Position numbers and translations under genes: made by a program. This document shows positions 19,664-29,412 of a DNA stretch of 64,000 nt, piece after piece. This DNA comes from Promethearchaeota archaeon Loki_b31 (GTDB lineage: Archaea > Asgardarchaeota > Lokiarchaeia > Sigyniarchaeales > SOKP01). The notes beneath the pieces were generated by a model. The model did no database searches and was not told the origin of the DNA. It saw nothing but the letters and a program-made list of their open reading frames with translations. The DNA is taken from the NCBI GenBank assembly GCA_005222975.1, contig NJBI01000002.1:1-64000 (forward strand), given 5' to 3'. Every line of letters starts with the position of its first letter. The first letter of the stretch is position 1.

Positions 19664-19837
19664 TTTATGTATAAAATTATATATAAAAATATTCTTATTA
19701 AGCCCTAAGTATTTTACGATTTTATTAAATATATGAATTATACATAAAATTACATATAAAACATTCCTATTAAATCCTAATATTATTTCATCAAGAAAAA
19801 TCTATAATTAATGAAATTACACATAATTTTATATATA
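19664..19837. promoter_or_regulatory. Divergent promoter region with repeated AATTAYAYATAA motifs and a ~38-bp direct repeat
   Basis: Imperfect direct repeat 19671-19708 / 19744-19780; core motif at 19675, 19736, 19748 and 19815. Confidence 0.45.
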
Positions 19838-19857
19838 ATCCTTTTTTTAAATTTTTT

Positions 19858-20247
19858 GTGACCGACAAAAAAGACCTATATATTATTATTGGTGGACTTG
19901 AATCACTATGCAAAAATCTAACACAACTATCACAAAATCTCATATATGAAGTAAATAATATAAAAAGCTTAATTAATTCTTCAGAAAGTAATAATTCTGG
20001 AAAGAAAATTTCTAAAATTGAATTACCAAATTATGCTCGTACTTTTTATGAAAATTATTTAGTAAAAATTTTAAATAATCATAAAGAATTAACAAAAAGA
20101 GAAATAAAAATTGAATGTGAACTCAGGGGAAAGAAACTTACTTATTCCGCAATAACTAAATATTTAACTAACCTAGTAAAATATAAATATTTAATATCAA
20201 GAAAAAATCCTAAAAAAAAAAGTGAAATGTTATATAAATTAAATTAA
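19858..20247 (+). CDS. Winged helix-turn-helix putative regulator
   Basis: LTYSAITKYLTNLVKYKYLISRKNP...YKL; divergent from the island operon. Confidence 0.65.
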   Translation: MTDKKDLYIIIGGLESLCKNLTQLSQNLIYEVNNIKSLINSSESNNSGKKISKIELPNYARTFYENYLVKILNNHKELTKREIKIECELRGKKLTYSAITKYLTNLVKYKYLISRKNPKKKSEMLYKLN

Positions 20248-20378
20248 AAATAAAATCTTCTTTTAATATTTTAAAATCCTTTAATACCCAAAAAGATAAG
20301 AGAGAACAAGAAGTAATTGAAAAAAATAATGTAATTAAAGTTAAATGTGTTTTTATAATTGCTAACCAAATTGAAACA

Positions 20379-20858
20379 TTATACCAAAAGATTCATTGTA
20401 ACCCAAAAGAATTTATTGAACATGTCAAAGCAAATTAAAATTGCAAAATAAATTTTATTAAAGGGAAATAACACTAACTCTTTTCCTGGCTCAAAATTTT
20501 GTCTTTCATAAGAGTATAAATGGATTTTATCTTGTCTACCAATCTCTTCTCCGTCTTTATCAAAATAATAACTAGTAATTCTCGGTTTGATAGAATTTTT
20601 CCTTCTTTCCCAAATAGCTCCTGAGATTATACTTATACCGTACTCTTTTGCTAGATTTTTAATAAAGTTGTAATTATTTCCTCTTTCATTTTGTAAATTT
20701 AGTTCTTTTCCGTTTGTTAAATTTACCCACCTTTCTGGTAGGCATACGATGTCGCAGCTATCAAATTCTTTAATTAATTTTTTTAATATTTCTTCTACTT
20801 CAAAATAGCATTTATCTCTTTCTTGGAAAACTTCTGGTTGAATACACGCAATTCGCAT
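20379..20858 (-). pseudogene. Truncated 5' half of the original nitrilase gene
   Basis: Colinear with 9422-10237 up to ICFD, then an unrelated 14-aa tail; directly follows the HAD gene. Confidence 0.8.
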
Positions 20859-20860
20859 AG

Positions 20861-21616
20861 TTAAACTTTACCAATATAAAATCTTTTATTTATGTCAATA
20901 ATTATATCAAAGAGTTCATTCAACTTAGAGATTTCGTAATCGGGTTTATATTCTTTTGGAGTCTGTTCACCTGTTATATTAGTGTCGTATTTACCACCGC
21001 GATGTATATATACACTATGAATGTCGTTTAGTTTTGCCGGCACTATATCTTTATATATATTATCTCCAACATAAATTGTCTCGTGTCCTTTTACATTGAA
21101 TTTATTTAGGCAGTACGAGAAAAGTTTTGGGTTTGGCTTTCTAATCCCGATTTCGTCTGTTATAACGACTAAATCAATTAAATCGTCAATACCAAGCCTC
21201 AATATCTTTTCGTATTGCTTGATAGGGATCCCATCTGTTATAATTGCTGTTTTAATAGAAGTCTCTTTAAGTTTCTCTAAGCAACTTTTTACGTCGTCGT
21301 ATAACTTTATAAGCTTAATTTTTTGGGCGTGATAAGCCATTACAGCAGCGGCAATATATCTAACCTGATCGATGAATGAAATAGAAAACTTTTCAAGCTC
21401 GTTTAATCTTCTAATAAAATAATTATAATGTTTTGGAGAATTGCTTCCATATTCTTTAACGATTTCATCGATCAATATGAGGGCTTTTTGGCGATCAATT
21501 TTCAACCCGAAGTTTATCATCACGTCTATACCCTCAATTCTTGCTCGTTGAGAAAGCATCGTGGAATCAAAAAGGCAGTCATCCAAATCAAATCCTACTA
21601 GTTTTATAGGACACAT
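20861..21616 (-). CDS. HAD-superfamily hydrolase (TIGR02253-like)
   Basis: FDLDDCL, ITDG, KP, VGDN...DI motifs. Confidence 0.9.
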   Translation of the reverse strand: MCPIKLVGFDLDDCLFDSTMLSQRARIEGIDVMINFGLKIDRQKALILIDEIVKEYGSNSPKHYNYFIRRLNELEKFSISFIDQVRYIAAAVMAYHAQKIKLIKLYDDVKSCLEKLKETSIKTAIITDGIPIKQYEKILRLGIDDLIDLVVITDEIGIRKPNPKLFSYCLNKFNVKGHETIYVGDNIYKDIVPAKLNDIHSVYIHRGGKYDTNITGEQTPKEYKPDYEISKLNELFDIIIDINKRFYIGKV

Positions 21617-21822
21617 AATCTTTTTCGGTTTAACCTTTTAGTTTTATTTAATTGAAATATTAATACATTATATTTTACACTACAGTAATAGATGACTATG
21701 TAAGATAAATTTATTTATCCTTACGAATATATAATTTTTAATATTAATTTATTCTAGGTAATACTATAAATATATTAGCCATAAAGATATTAAAAATATA
21801 ACACTTAATGGAGTTTAATTAA

Positions 21823-22980
21823 TTGAAACCCGTCGTTGCATTATCTTATTTCCATCGAAAAATCGGTCCACTAGTTTTTTATTCCTATCCAGATAGTATA
21901 CTAGACGAGCAGCTTTCAATCAGAATCGCAAATATAATGGATCAAACAGTTAGTGAAGGGTTTTTCACACACTCGTTCGAGAAAAATAACTCAAATAATT
22001 ATTACTTCGAGATTTCTTCAGACTGGGCACGGGGCAATAGAGATATGTTAATGGTTTCGATTATCTTCGATGAACAGATTACTCCAGAAATCGAACAAAT
22101 TGTGCACAAATTATGCTTAGAATTTTCAGAAAAGCTTTTAAAAACCGAAGAAATTTTTGCAGCATTTTACATCTCCGATATAAATAACTTTGAAGAAGAA
22201 GATAAAGAGGTTATCTACAAATACAATGCGTTGGTTAAACTATGGGTCCAAGAATTATACTGGAATGTACTTGAAGATACTAGGGAAAAAAGCGAAGAAG
22301 AAAAGATTGCAACATTATTGAACAAAAAACACATGTTCCTGACACTAAAAAAGTTATCCAAAGGTCCAACTACGCTAGAAGGATTAAGAGAATGGTACAA
22401 CGAGACCTTTCCAAAATTAGATTTTAAAGAATTAATTGATACGCTTGTTAGAAAACAGTTTATTTTCATAAATCAGATTGGAATTGTAGAAAAATATGTA
22501 TTACTACTAAAAGAAGTTAACGCCGAAAGAATCCCTCCCGATAGCGTCATAGAATACATCGATGAAACTCCCGAACTAATTGAACCCGAATTAATAGAGT
22601 TATTACTTCCGAAAGTCCAAGAATATTTTAGTACTTATGAGAACAAAAGTAAGGAAGAATTAGAAGAAGATACCTTTACATTATTTCAAATTGTATCTGA
22701 CCCTAAAAAATATAATGTGCTTTCAGAATTAAGGCACGGGCTAATAGCTAGCGATAAGCTACCAAAGTTAGTCTCCAAGACGACTTTAGACCATTTAAAT
22801 ACTTCGTTAATTTTTCTAAAAAAACACGACATTATTGAAGAATTAAAGTTTAAAAACGAGAGTTATATCTTTTTAAAAGCAAATATCCAAATAACTACCG
22901 CATTCCCCGAATATTTAAGAAAATCTTTATCGAAAGAATCTAAACCCATCAAAGCTAAAACCAAAAGGGAAATAACATGA
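21823..22980 (+). CDS. Asgard longin/uDENN-like domain protein
   Basis: LSYFHRKIGPLVFYSYP...YYFEI.S.WARG N-terminal pattern. Confidence 0.55.
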   Translation: MKPVVALSYFHRKIGPLVFYSYPDSILDEQLSIRIANIMDQTVSEGFFTHSFEKNNSNNYYFEISSDWARGNRDMLMVSIIFDEQITPEIEQIVHKLCLEFSEKLLKTEEIFAAFYISDINNFEEEDKEVIYKYNALVKLWVQELYWNVLEDTREKSEEEKIATLLNKKHMFLTLKKLSKGPTTLEGLREWYNETFPKLDFKELIDTLVRKQFIFINQIGIVEKYVLLLKEVNAERIPPDSVIEYIDETPELIEPELIELLLPKVQEYFSTYENKSKEELEEDTFTLFQIVSDPKKYNVLSELRHGLIASDKLPKLVSKTTLDHLNTSLIFLKKHDIIEELKFKNESYIFLKANIQITTAFPEYLRKSLSKESKPIKAKTKREIT

Positions 22981-23231
22981 GTAAAGTCGACGATTCTCTC
23001 AAAGATATAAAGTATTTACTAGGGAATATGGGTATGGACATCTTTTTTGCCATCGATAATGGAGCAAAAGATTACGAGACTATAAAAATCTTCTCTGGAC
23101 TTCCAATGGCTTGCGTTAAGGGACGATTACCAGTTCTCCTCGACCTCCTACTCGTTGTAAAAAACGATGATGGCTACTTTTTAACTAATAAAGGATTAAA
23201 TTTTAAAGCTCAGATCGAAAATAACCCTTAA
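22977..23231 (+). CDS. Small winged-helix protein
   Basis: YFLTNKG wing; ATGA overlap with the upstream gene. Confidence 0.55.
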   Translation: MSKVDDSLKDIKYLLGNMGMDIFFAIDNGAKDYETIKIFSGLPMACVKGRLPVLLDLLLVVKNDDGYFLTNKGLNFKAQIENNP

Positions 23232-23237
23232 TTAAGA

Positions 23238-23318
23238 TTTAAATTTCAGATTGGGGCGACAACGTCATCGCTAGAGCTTAGCTCTTATCTATTGTCATAA
23301 GTTCATCATTAATCTAAA
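23238..23318 (-). ncRNA. C/D box sRNA, predicted guide for 23S rRNA Gm2251 (E. coli numbering)
   Basis: C box AUGAUGA, D' UAGA, C' GCGAUGA, D CUGA, 8-bp terminal stem; D guide UGUCGCCCCA is complementary to the P-loop UGGGGCGG(C/U)A. Confidence 0.7.
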
Positions 23319-23851
23319 TTCTTACTTTTATTAAGGTCGTTATTAGTTAAATTTTTTGCTCTATGGTACTTCCTTTCAAAGTAGCCGGGCGTCTTTAAAC
23401 CACCATACTCGTTTATTAATTTCTGTAAACCCCCCTCTTCTTTTATCCGATTTTTTAAGACATTGTATTCTTGGAGGGTTAATTCTTTTCTTTCTAAAAG
23501 ATAATCTAAAATAGCAAACGCTTCCTCGTTTTCCGTACAACGCCTAATGAAATCGATTGCACCAGTATTTCGTAAGTCCTCGCAATAATCGTTAACTTGA
23601 ACCAACTGTGGTTCCTCATCGCAACGTTCAATCTCGTAATCTACTGCCTTAATCTTTAAAGATTTACTCTTTTCAGATAATTCGCGCATTAGTCTAGGAA
23701 ATTGGCGCTCTATTTTTGCTTTGTCGTACGACATTTTCAAACCGTCCTCATTAATAACATCTATATTCTTCTCTAAATCTTTAAGCTCCTTCTCATTTTC
23801 CTTTTCTTCTTTTGCATTTTCACCGTTTATGTTTTTTCCCGTTTTCTCCAT
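23309..23851 (-). CDS. DUF2095 family protein
   Basis: FPRLMREL, IDFIRRC.EEA..ILDYL..R.E, K.PGY. Confidence 0.75.
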   Translation of the reverse strand: MEKTGKNINGENAKEEKENEKELKDLEKNIDVINEDGLKMSYDKAKIERQFPRLMRELSEKSKSLKIKAVDYEIERCDEEPQLVQVNDYCEDLRNTGAIDFIRRCTENEEAFAILDYLLERKELTLQEYNVLKNRIKEEGGLQKLINEYGGLKTPGYFERKYHRAKNLTNNDLNKSKNLD

Positions 23852-24152
23852 TTGTAAATCGATTTCCTGTAGTAGTAAATTCTATGAGAGTTTGTTAATT
23901 ATAAAAATCCAATTAAAATTATAAAAATATCTGTTAACAAAAATAGGAAAAGATTAACTTATGCGCCCTTCGAAATGAAATCTATACCCGCTAAACTTAA
24001 ATTTTAGCTATTATAGAAATTATAATAAAAATATAACTAAATTTAATGACTACAGATAAAAGATGTGAATATTTTAAATATTATTGCCAATTCAAAATGC
24101 TAACAAAATAATAAAATTAATTAATTTTACATAATTTCAATATTTATTAATA

Positions 24153-24767
24153 TTGGATTGCTATTGGAGATTGACTAAATTGACTAAATCGGGATATAGT
24201 TATGTAAAAGAAACATTCGAAAAACACGAAACTGGGTATCAAACAAATCACTGGGAAAGAGGAATCAAATACAGAAAGGGAAAGTCTGTCGAACGGGTTG
24301 AGAGGCCGACTAAATTGCATAGGGCACGAACTCTTGGCTACAAAGCTAAACAAGGTTACATCGTTGTTCGAGCGAGAATTAGAAAAGGGGGAATGCACAA
24401 GGTTCGGCCGAAACGAGGTAGAAAGCCTCGCGCGATGGGTGTCTCTAAATATACTACCGGTAAAAATTTACAATGGGTCGCTGAAGAACGCGTACAACGT
24501 AAATATCCCAACATGGAAGTACTTAATAGCTATAAAGTATATGCCGATGGTCGAAGTTGGTATTACGAGGTTATACTTGTAGATCCATCGCATCCTGCAA
24601 TAAAAGCAGACCCAAAAATTAATTGGATTTGCGAAGCACCTCATAAAAGGAGAGTTTCCCGGGGTTTGACCTCTTCGGGAAAAAAAGCTCGAGGGTTACA
24701 TAAAAAAGGATGGGGCTCTGAAAAGACTCGCCCGAGCTTAGGCGCAAATAAAGGGCGTGGTAAATAA
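24153..24767 (+). CDS. rpl15e: 50S ribosomal protein L15e (start more likely TTG at 24180)
   Basis: RPT..RARTLGYKAKQG, AEERVQRKYPNMEVLNSY, YEVILVDPSHPAI, RGLTSSGKK. Confidence 0.97.
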   Translation: MDCYWRLTKLTKSGYSYVKETFEKHETGYQTNHWERGIKYRKGKSVERVERPTKLHRARTLGYKAKQGYIVVRARIRKGGMHKVRPKRGRKPRAMGVSKYTTGKNLQWVAEERVQRKYPNMEVLNSYKVYADGRSWYYEVILVDPSHPAIKADPKINWICEAPHKRRVSRGLTSSGKKARGLHKKGWGSEKTRPSLGANKGRGK

Positions 24768-24888
24768 AAAGGTTTTTTAGGATTTAAATATTTATTTTGG
24801 GTTTTATCTAATCCAAATCCATTAATCAAAAGAAATTATTATTAGAATATTAGTAAGTTTTGATTTTGAAGTCATTTGATGTGCCAAT

Positions 24889-25689
24889 TTATAGTTTATT
24901 GATGGAGACTGTCATTCCGCCGTCTAGAATTATGTTTTGGCCAGTTATGTAGTCAGCTGTTGGAGAAGCTAAAAATAGGGCGAGATCTGCCACCCATTTG
25001 GAATCTCCAATTTTGTCTATAGGGATTTTAACTCCTCTCGTTTCTAGGAATTGTCGAATTTTTCTTGGGTCGTTATCATATATTGGGGTAAGGAACACTC
25101 CCGGCGATAAAGCATTGACAGTTATATCAACTGGGCCAAGTTCCAAAGCCCAAAGTTTTGTAAACGCAATAACTGTGGCTTTAGAAGCGCTATATATACC
25201 TAACATTGGATTTATTCCATTCGCTGTTCCAGCACAGGATGCAATATTGATGATTTTAGCCCGAATTGGTTTAAATTGCCTTTGGCTTTTCATTTTTCTA
25301 AAGAAAGTCTTAGTCACATTCCAAGTACCTTTAGCATTGATCCCCATAACTTTATCGTATGTTTCTTCTGATGCAGAGAGCGATTTATATGCACCACCAT
25401 CAATTCCAGCGTTATTAATCAATATAAATACATTATCAAACCAATCAAACACTTGTTTTTTCATTCTTTCGACGTCTTCTAACTTTGAAATATCTGCTTG
25501 AGCGAGAAGTATTTCCACATTACTATCTTTTAAAACCAAATCACGCGTTTCTTCAAGACCCTTCATAATGATGTCATTCAATACTAAGTTTGCCCCTTTA
25601 CTGGCGAAAGTTATAGCCATTTCTCTTCCAAATCCATTTCCCGCCCCAGTAATGAGAACTACTTTACCATCTAAAAATTTATTTTCCAA
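24889..25689 (-). CDS. Short-chain dehydrogenase/reductase
   Basis: TGAGNGFG, NNAG, YSASK. Confidence 0.92.
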   Translation of the reverse strand: MENKFLDGKVVLITGAGNGFGREMAITFASKGANLVLNDIIMKGLEETRDLVLKDSNVEILLAQADISKLEDVERMKKQVFDWFDNVFILINNAGIDGGAYKSLSASEETYDKVMGINAKGTWNVTKTFFRKMKSQRQFKPIRAKIINIASCAGTANGINPMLGIYSASKATVIAFTKLWALELGPVDITVNALSPGVFLTPIYDNDPRKIRQFLETRGVKIPIDKIGDSKWVADLALFLASPTADYITGQNIILDGGMTVSINKL

Positions 25690-25737
25690 AATTTATTTCA
25701 CTTCCAGTTTATAAAAAATTATAAGATAAATTAAAAA

Positions 25738-27480
25738 TTAGTAGCCTGCTTCGAATAATCCCTTATTAGCTTTATATTTTCCTAAAAATTTTCCAGCTGG
25801 TGGTGATTCAAAAGCGATAGCTATATTAAGAACACTTGGGAGTCCAGAATCGAAAGCACGTTTTAATGCGGGCTTAATATCCTCAGGTTTCTCTATATTT
25901 TCTCCATAGCACCCAAAACTTTTCGCGATTTGAGAATAATCAATACTGGGAAGATCAACATCACAATATCGTCTTTTCATATTATTTTTCTGGTAAGTTT
26001 TTAGCATTCCCCACGCACAATTATTTGCTACACAGATTACGATGGGAAGCCCTAACCTAACAACAGTTTCAAGTTCTTGAACATTAAACATGAATGAACC
26101 ATCACCATTAATACACACTACTGGTTTATCAGGTTTTGCTAATTTTGCGGCAATTGCAAAACTCGACCCTACTCCTAGATGTCCCATTCCTATAGAACAA
26201 AACGTACTTCGTGGATTTCGGTGATAATTAGAAATCAATCCAAAAGTAAATAAAGCAATATCTCCCCCATCCACTGCTATAAGTGTGTCTTGAGGGATGT
26301 TTTCCAGAATTTCTATAATCATTCGTTCTGGTTTCATAGGAATTTTATCAGATTTTAAAATTTTATCAATTATATTTCTATCAATTTCACGAGCTGTTTG
26401 AAGATAGTCATTCCATTGAGACCATTTACTAACCATACTTTTTTGAAGATCTTTTTCCATATCCACAATTAATTGGTTGATTACAGCCTTTACATCTCCG
26501 ATTATTGCAATCTCAGCAGGTCTATTTTTACCTATTTCTTTTGGATCAATATCCACTTGTATGATTTTTTGATCCTGATTCCAAAGAGGTCCAGAACCAT
26601 ATATGGTAGTATAATCCCATCGACATCCGAATGATAAAACTACATCTGCTTCTGAAGCCGCTCTACGATATGTGCTAGATAAAGGATAGGATCCTGCGTA
26701 GGTATTCTCATCGATCGAGATTGCTCCAATACCATTAATTGTTGTGAGCGCAGGGATTTTATATGTTCTCGATAACTTTTTTAATTCATTTGAAGCTTCA
26801 GAGGCAATAGTTCCACCTCCGGATATAATAATTGGTTTTTCAGCTTTTTTTAAAAGGTCAACAGCAGCTTTAATCATTTCAGGATTTCCACTAGGTCTGT
26901 AGAAAGGACGGTATTTTTCTGGAGAGATTAACTTCTTGAAATCATTTTCAGTTGCGTTTCGAACCAATGCAGTTTCCCTAAGTTCAAGAAAAACAGGACT
27001 TCTTCTTCCAGATAATGCTGCTCTAATGCATCGTTGTACTGCAAAAGGAATTTCATAAGGTTCTTCAACAGAAATCTGTAATTTAGTTATCGGCTTCATT
27101 AATTCCATTTGGTTTAATCCACCTTGTAAAATTCCAGTATCATCGAACATCCTAGCTATTTGGGCTCCAATGACTAACATGGGTATAGAATCTGCTTGAG
27201 CGGCAGCAACGGCGGGTACAAGGTGGGTCACACCTGGCCCTGCTGTACCGAGGCATACACCTATTCCTCCCGTAGTTCGCGCCCAAGCATCAGCCATATG
27301 GCCCCCCGCTTGTTCGTGACGGACCATTACAGTATCTATACCTTCCTCGCGACCAAACCTTTCGATAGCGTCATAGACTCTTGTTAATTCACCACCAATA
27401 ATTCCAAACATTTTAGTAATTCCTTCATTTAGGAGACATCTAACAAGTAGATCGCCGCCATTAGATAATTGTTTAGACAT
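25738..27480 (-). CDS. Thiamine pyrophosphate-dependent enzyme (acetolactate synthase/lyase-like)
   Basis: RHEQAGGHMA, TAGPG, GDGSFMF...NN. Confidence 0.9.
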   Translation of the reverse strand: MSKQLSNGGDLLVRCLLNEGITKMFGIIGGELTRVYDAIERFGREEGIDTVMVRHEQAGGHMADAWARTTGGIGVCLGTAGPGVTHLVPAVAAAQADSIPMLVIGAQIARMFDDTGILQGGLNQMELMKPITKLQISVEEPYEIPFAVQRCIRAALSGRRSPVFLELRETALVRNATENDFKKLISPEKYRPFYRPSGNPEMIKAAVDLLKKAEKPIIISGGGTIASEASNELKKLSRTYKIPALTTINGIGAISIDENTYAGSYPLSSTYRRAASEADVVLSFGCRWDYTTIYGSGPLWNQDQKIIQVDIDPKEIGKNRPAEIAIIGDVKAVINQLIVDMEKDLQKSMVSKWSQWNDYLQTAREIDRNIIDKILKSDKIPMKPERMIIEILENIPQDTLIAVDGGDIALFTFGLISNYHRNPRSTFCSIGMGHLGVGSSFAIAAKLAKPDKPVVCINGDGSFMFNVQELETVVRLGLPIVICVANNCAWGMLKTYQKNNMKRRYCDVDLPSIDYSQIAKSFGCYGENIEKPEDIKPALKRAFDSGLPSVLNIAIAFESPPAGKFLGKYKANKGLFEAGY

Positions 27481-27525
27481 AAATTGAACTTATTTTAAAT
27501 CAATAAAAAAGTTTCTTAAAAATAA

Positions 27526-27969
27526 TTAAAACTCTATAAGTTCAATATAGTATCCTAAAGTGTCTATTGTATCTAAATATGTAAAGTTCAGTTTTCCTAC
27601 TTTTCCAGTTTGGGCAATTTCTACATTAAACTTATTTTTAAAATCTTCTATAAATGGTTTCGCGTCTTTTACATAAACCCCTATATGATGTAAACCAGTT
27701 TTTCCCTCTCCAATAAAATCCGAATACAAATTAGGTCCAGTTGTTTCAATTACTTCTGCAATTTCAAATTGCTTTCCCCCAAAGAATTGCATTATCTTTT
27801 TCATTTTAAATGTAGTTTCTTTACCTTTATACATTACAGTAGCATCTTGCGTGACTATATTAATTGGCCCTTTAAAGTTGAAATAAGTTCGATAAAATTC
27901 AGCAGCCTTCTCTATATCTTTAACAACAATTCCTATTTGATCGAATTTATCTAATTTCATTTCTGACAT
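27526..27969 (-). CDS. VOC/glyoxalase family protein (methylmalonyl-CoA epimerase-like)
   Basis: QIGIVVKDIE, GLHHIG, YIELIE. Confidence 0.85.
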   Translation of the reverse strand: MSEMKLDKFDQIGIVVKDIEKAAEFYRTYFNFKGPINIVTQDATVMYKGKETTFKMKKIMQFFGGKQFEIAEVIETTGPNLYSDFIGEGKTGLHHIGVYVKDAKPFIEDFKNKFNVEIAQTGKVGKLNFTYLDTIDTLGYYIELIEF

Positions 27970-27986
27970 GATCTTAATCAGACATC

Positions 27987-29285
27987 CTATTTAAGTGATT
28001 CGGCAAAATCTAGTCTGCCAGTGGGGTGTTTTAAGACGAACTCTCCGTTTAATATCTTTGTTTTTAGTTCTTCTGCTAATTTAATTGCTCCGAATCTATC
28101 CGACTGTCTTAAAACGACTGGAATTTCGCTTCCTTCGAACTCAATCGATTTTAGGTCCAATTTAAAAGCATCGGGACACAATCGAACGCAAGTACCGCAA
28201 TTAAAGCATCGAGACCTATCAATTGCTGAGATAGCTCCGTCTTTTATTATGAACGCGTTTGTCGGGCAGTAATCGATAGTTTTGCATTCTTCGCAATCTT
28301 TACACACTTTAGAATCGAACTTCATGAAGAAATTGTTATCCCAAACATCGGCGTAGGTGATTTCTCCCACTTTCTCTCTTCCGACAAGGCTTAAAATAGT
28401 TAAATTAACATCTTTATCCGATTGTATTATGTTATCGAATATTTCTTCGTTGAGAATTGGAATTGGCAAGGCTATGCTACAGATAGGTTCTAGACCGTAC
28501 GATGTTTTAAACGCACCCATGTATTCTGGCTTCATTTGAATCATTGGAGCTATAGTCATCATGTTTGGTTTTGCGACATAGTTACGGGTTCCAGGGCCAA
28601 TAAGATAACCCATGCTACCGTTAACTAAAAGCGGCGAACCTACGCCGAAGGACTGAAATTTTGGGTCGTTTTGAAATGGATTTAAAGCGCCACATCCAGA
28701 AAAGGTAAGTTCTGTTTTGTTTGCTTCAAAAGGAAGGCAAGAAAATATGGTATCAACTTTATAAGATTCACAATTAAGCATTGCGTTGTAATTTTTTATA
28801 GCTTGCCTTGTGCCTACTAACTTTGCATATTGCATTTCCTCTAAAGTCATTTCTTTTTCGACTTTTTCTCCTTCGCTACTTTTTGCTACAAGTTCTACCG
28901 CTTTCCCTTCGACGAGTTCTCTAAAAAGAGAGCCTCCACAATAGCTATCTCTTTCTTGACTTTGAGCGGTCCCATATACGATCAAATCGACAATACCTAG
29001 ATACTCGTTTGGGCACGGACCTGGAAAAGCAGGAATTCCATTTATAGAAATCTCAGTAAATTTTCTCAATGTTTTAGGTGCGACCAGCCTGAACGAGAAA
29101 ACCCCCATAATTCCACTCATTAGGCCTTTAGTGGCCGTAGTAATCACATCTACATCTTCAAATTTAATGAGCTCGCCGTTATCCAATCGATTGATAAATT
29201 CCTGAACTGTGACAATGTTCGCAGTTCCGGTATTAATTTTCCTTCCTATATCAGAAAGCTTTCTTTTCTTAGGCAAGAGAACCAC
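27987..29285 (-). CDS. DUF39 / methanogenesis marker 16-like metalloprotein with ferredoxin domain
   Basis: VDVITTAT.G.MSG, GPCPNEYLG, FSGCGALNPFQND, C-terminal CxxCxxC...CP and CxxCxxCxxxCP. Confidence 0.8.
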   Translation of the reverse strand: MVLLPKKRKLSDIGRKINTGTANIVTVQEFINRLDNGELIKFEDVDVITTATKGLMSGIMGVFSFRLVAPKTLRKFTEISINGIPAFPGPCPNEYLGIVDLIVYGTAQSQERDSYCGGSLFRELVEGKAVELVAKSSEGEKVEKEMTLEEMQYAKLVGTRQAIKNYNAMLNCESYKVDTIFSCLPFEANKTELTFSGCGALNPFQNDPKFQSFGVGSPLLVNGSMGYLIGPGTRNYVAKPNMMTIAPMIQMKPEYMGAFKTSYGLEPICSIALPIPILNEEIFDNIIQSDKDVNLTILSLVGREKVGEITYADVWDNNFFMKFDSKVCKDCEECKTIDYCPTNAFIIKDGAISAIDRSRCFNCGTCVRLCPDAFKLDLKSIEFEGSEIPVVLRQSDRFGAIKLAEELKTKILNGEFVLKHPTGRLDFAESLK

Positions 29286-29412
29286 TCATAATATAAAACG
29301 CTTTATCATGTAAAATATTTATCTTAATAAAATTTTTTTTATTTAAAAAATACTTTAAATTCTTAAAACGCTACATTAAATTCAAAATCTTAAAACAGAG
29401 GTCTAATTCTAA

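Larger units (their letters stand above)
9801..20421. mobile_element. Genomic island inserted in nitrilase gene
   Basis: Bounded by two divergent copies of the nitrilase 5' half whose similarity ends at the ICFD codons (atgtcaaa at 9801 and 20422); accessory gene content; no integrase seen. Confidence 0.7.

Noticed and set aside
9801-20421. Provirus with a Z-genome
   Set aside because: No capsid, terminase, polymerase, integrase, DatZ or MazZ genes recognisable
24171-24188. Tandem ttgactaaa at the rpl15e start
   Set aside because: A 9-bp duplication that only affects start choice
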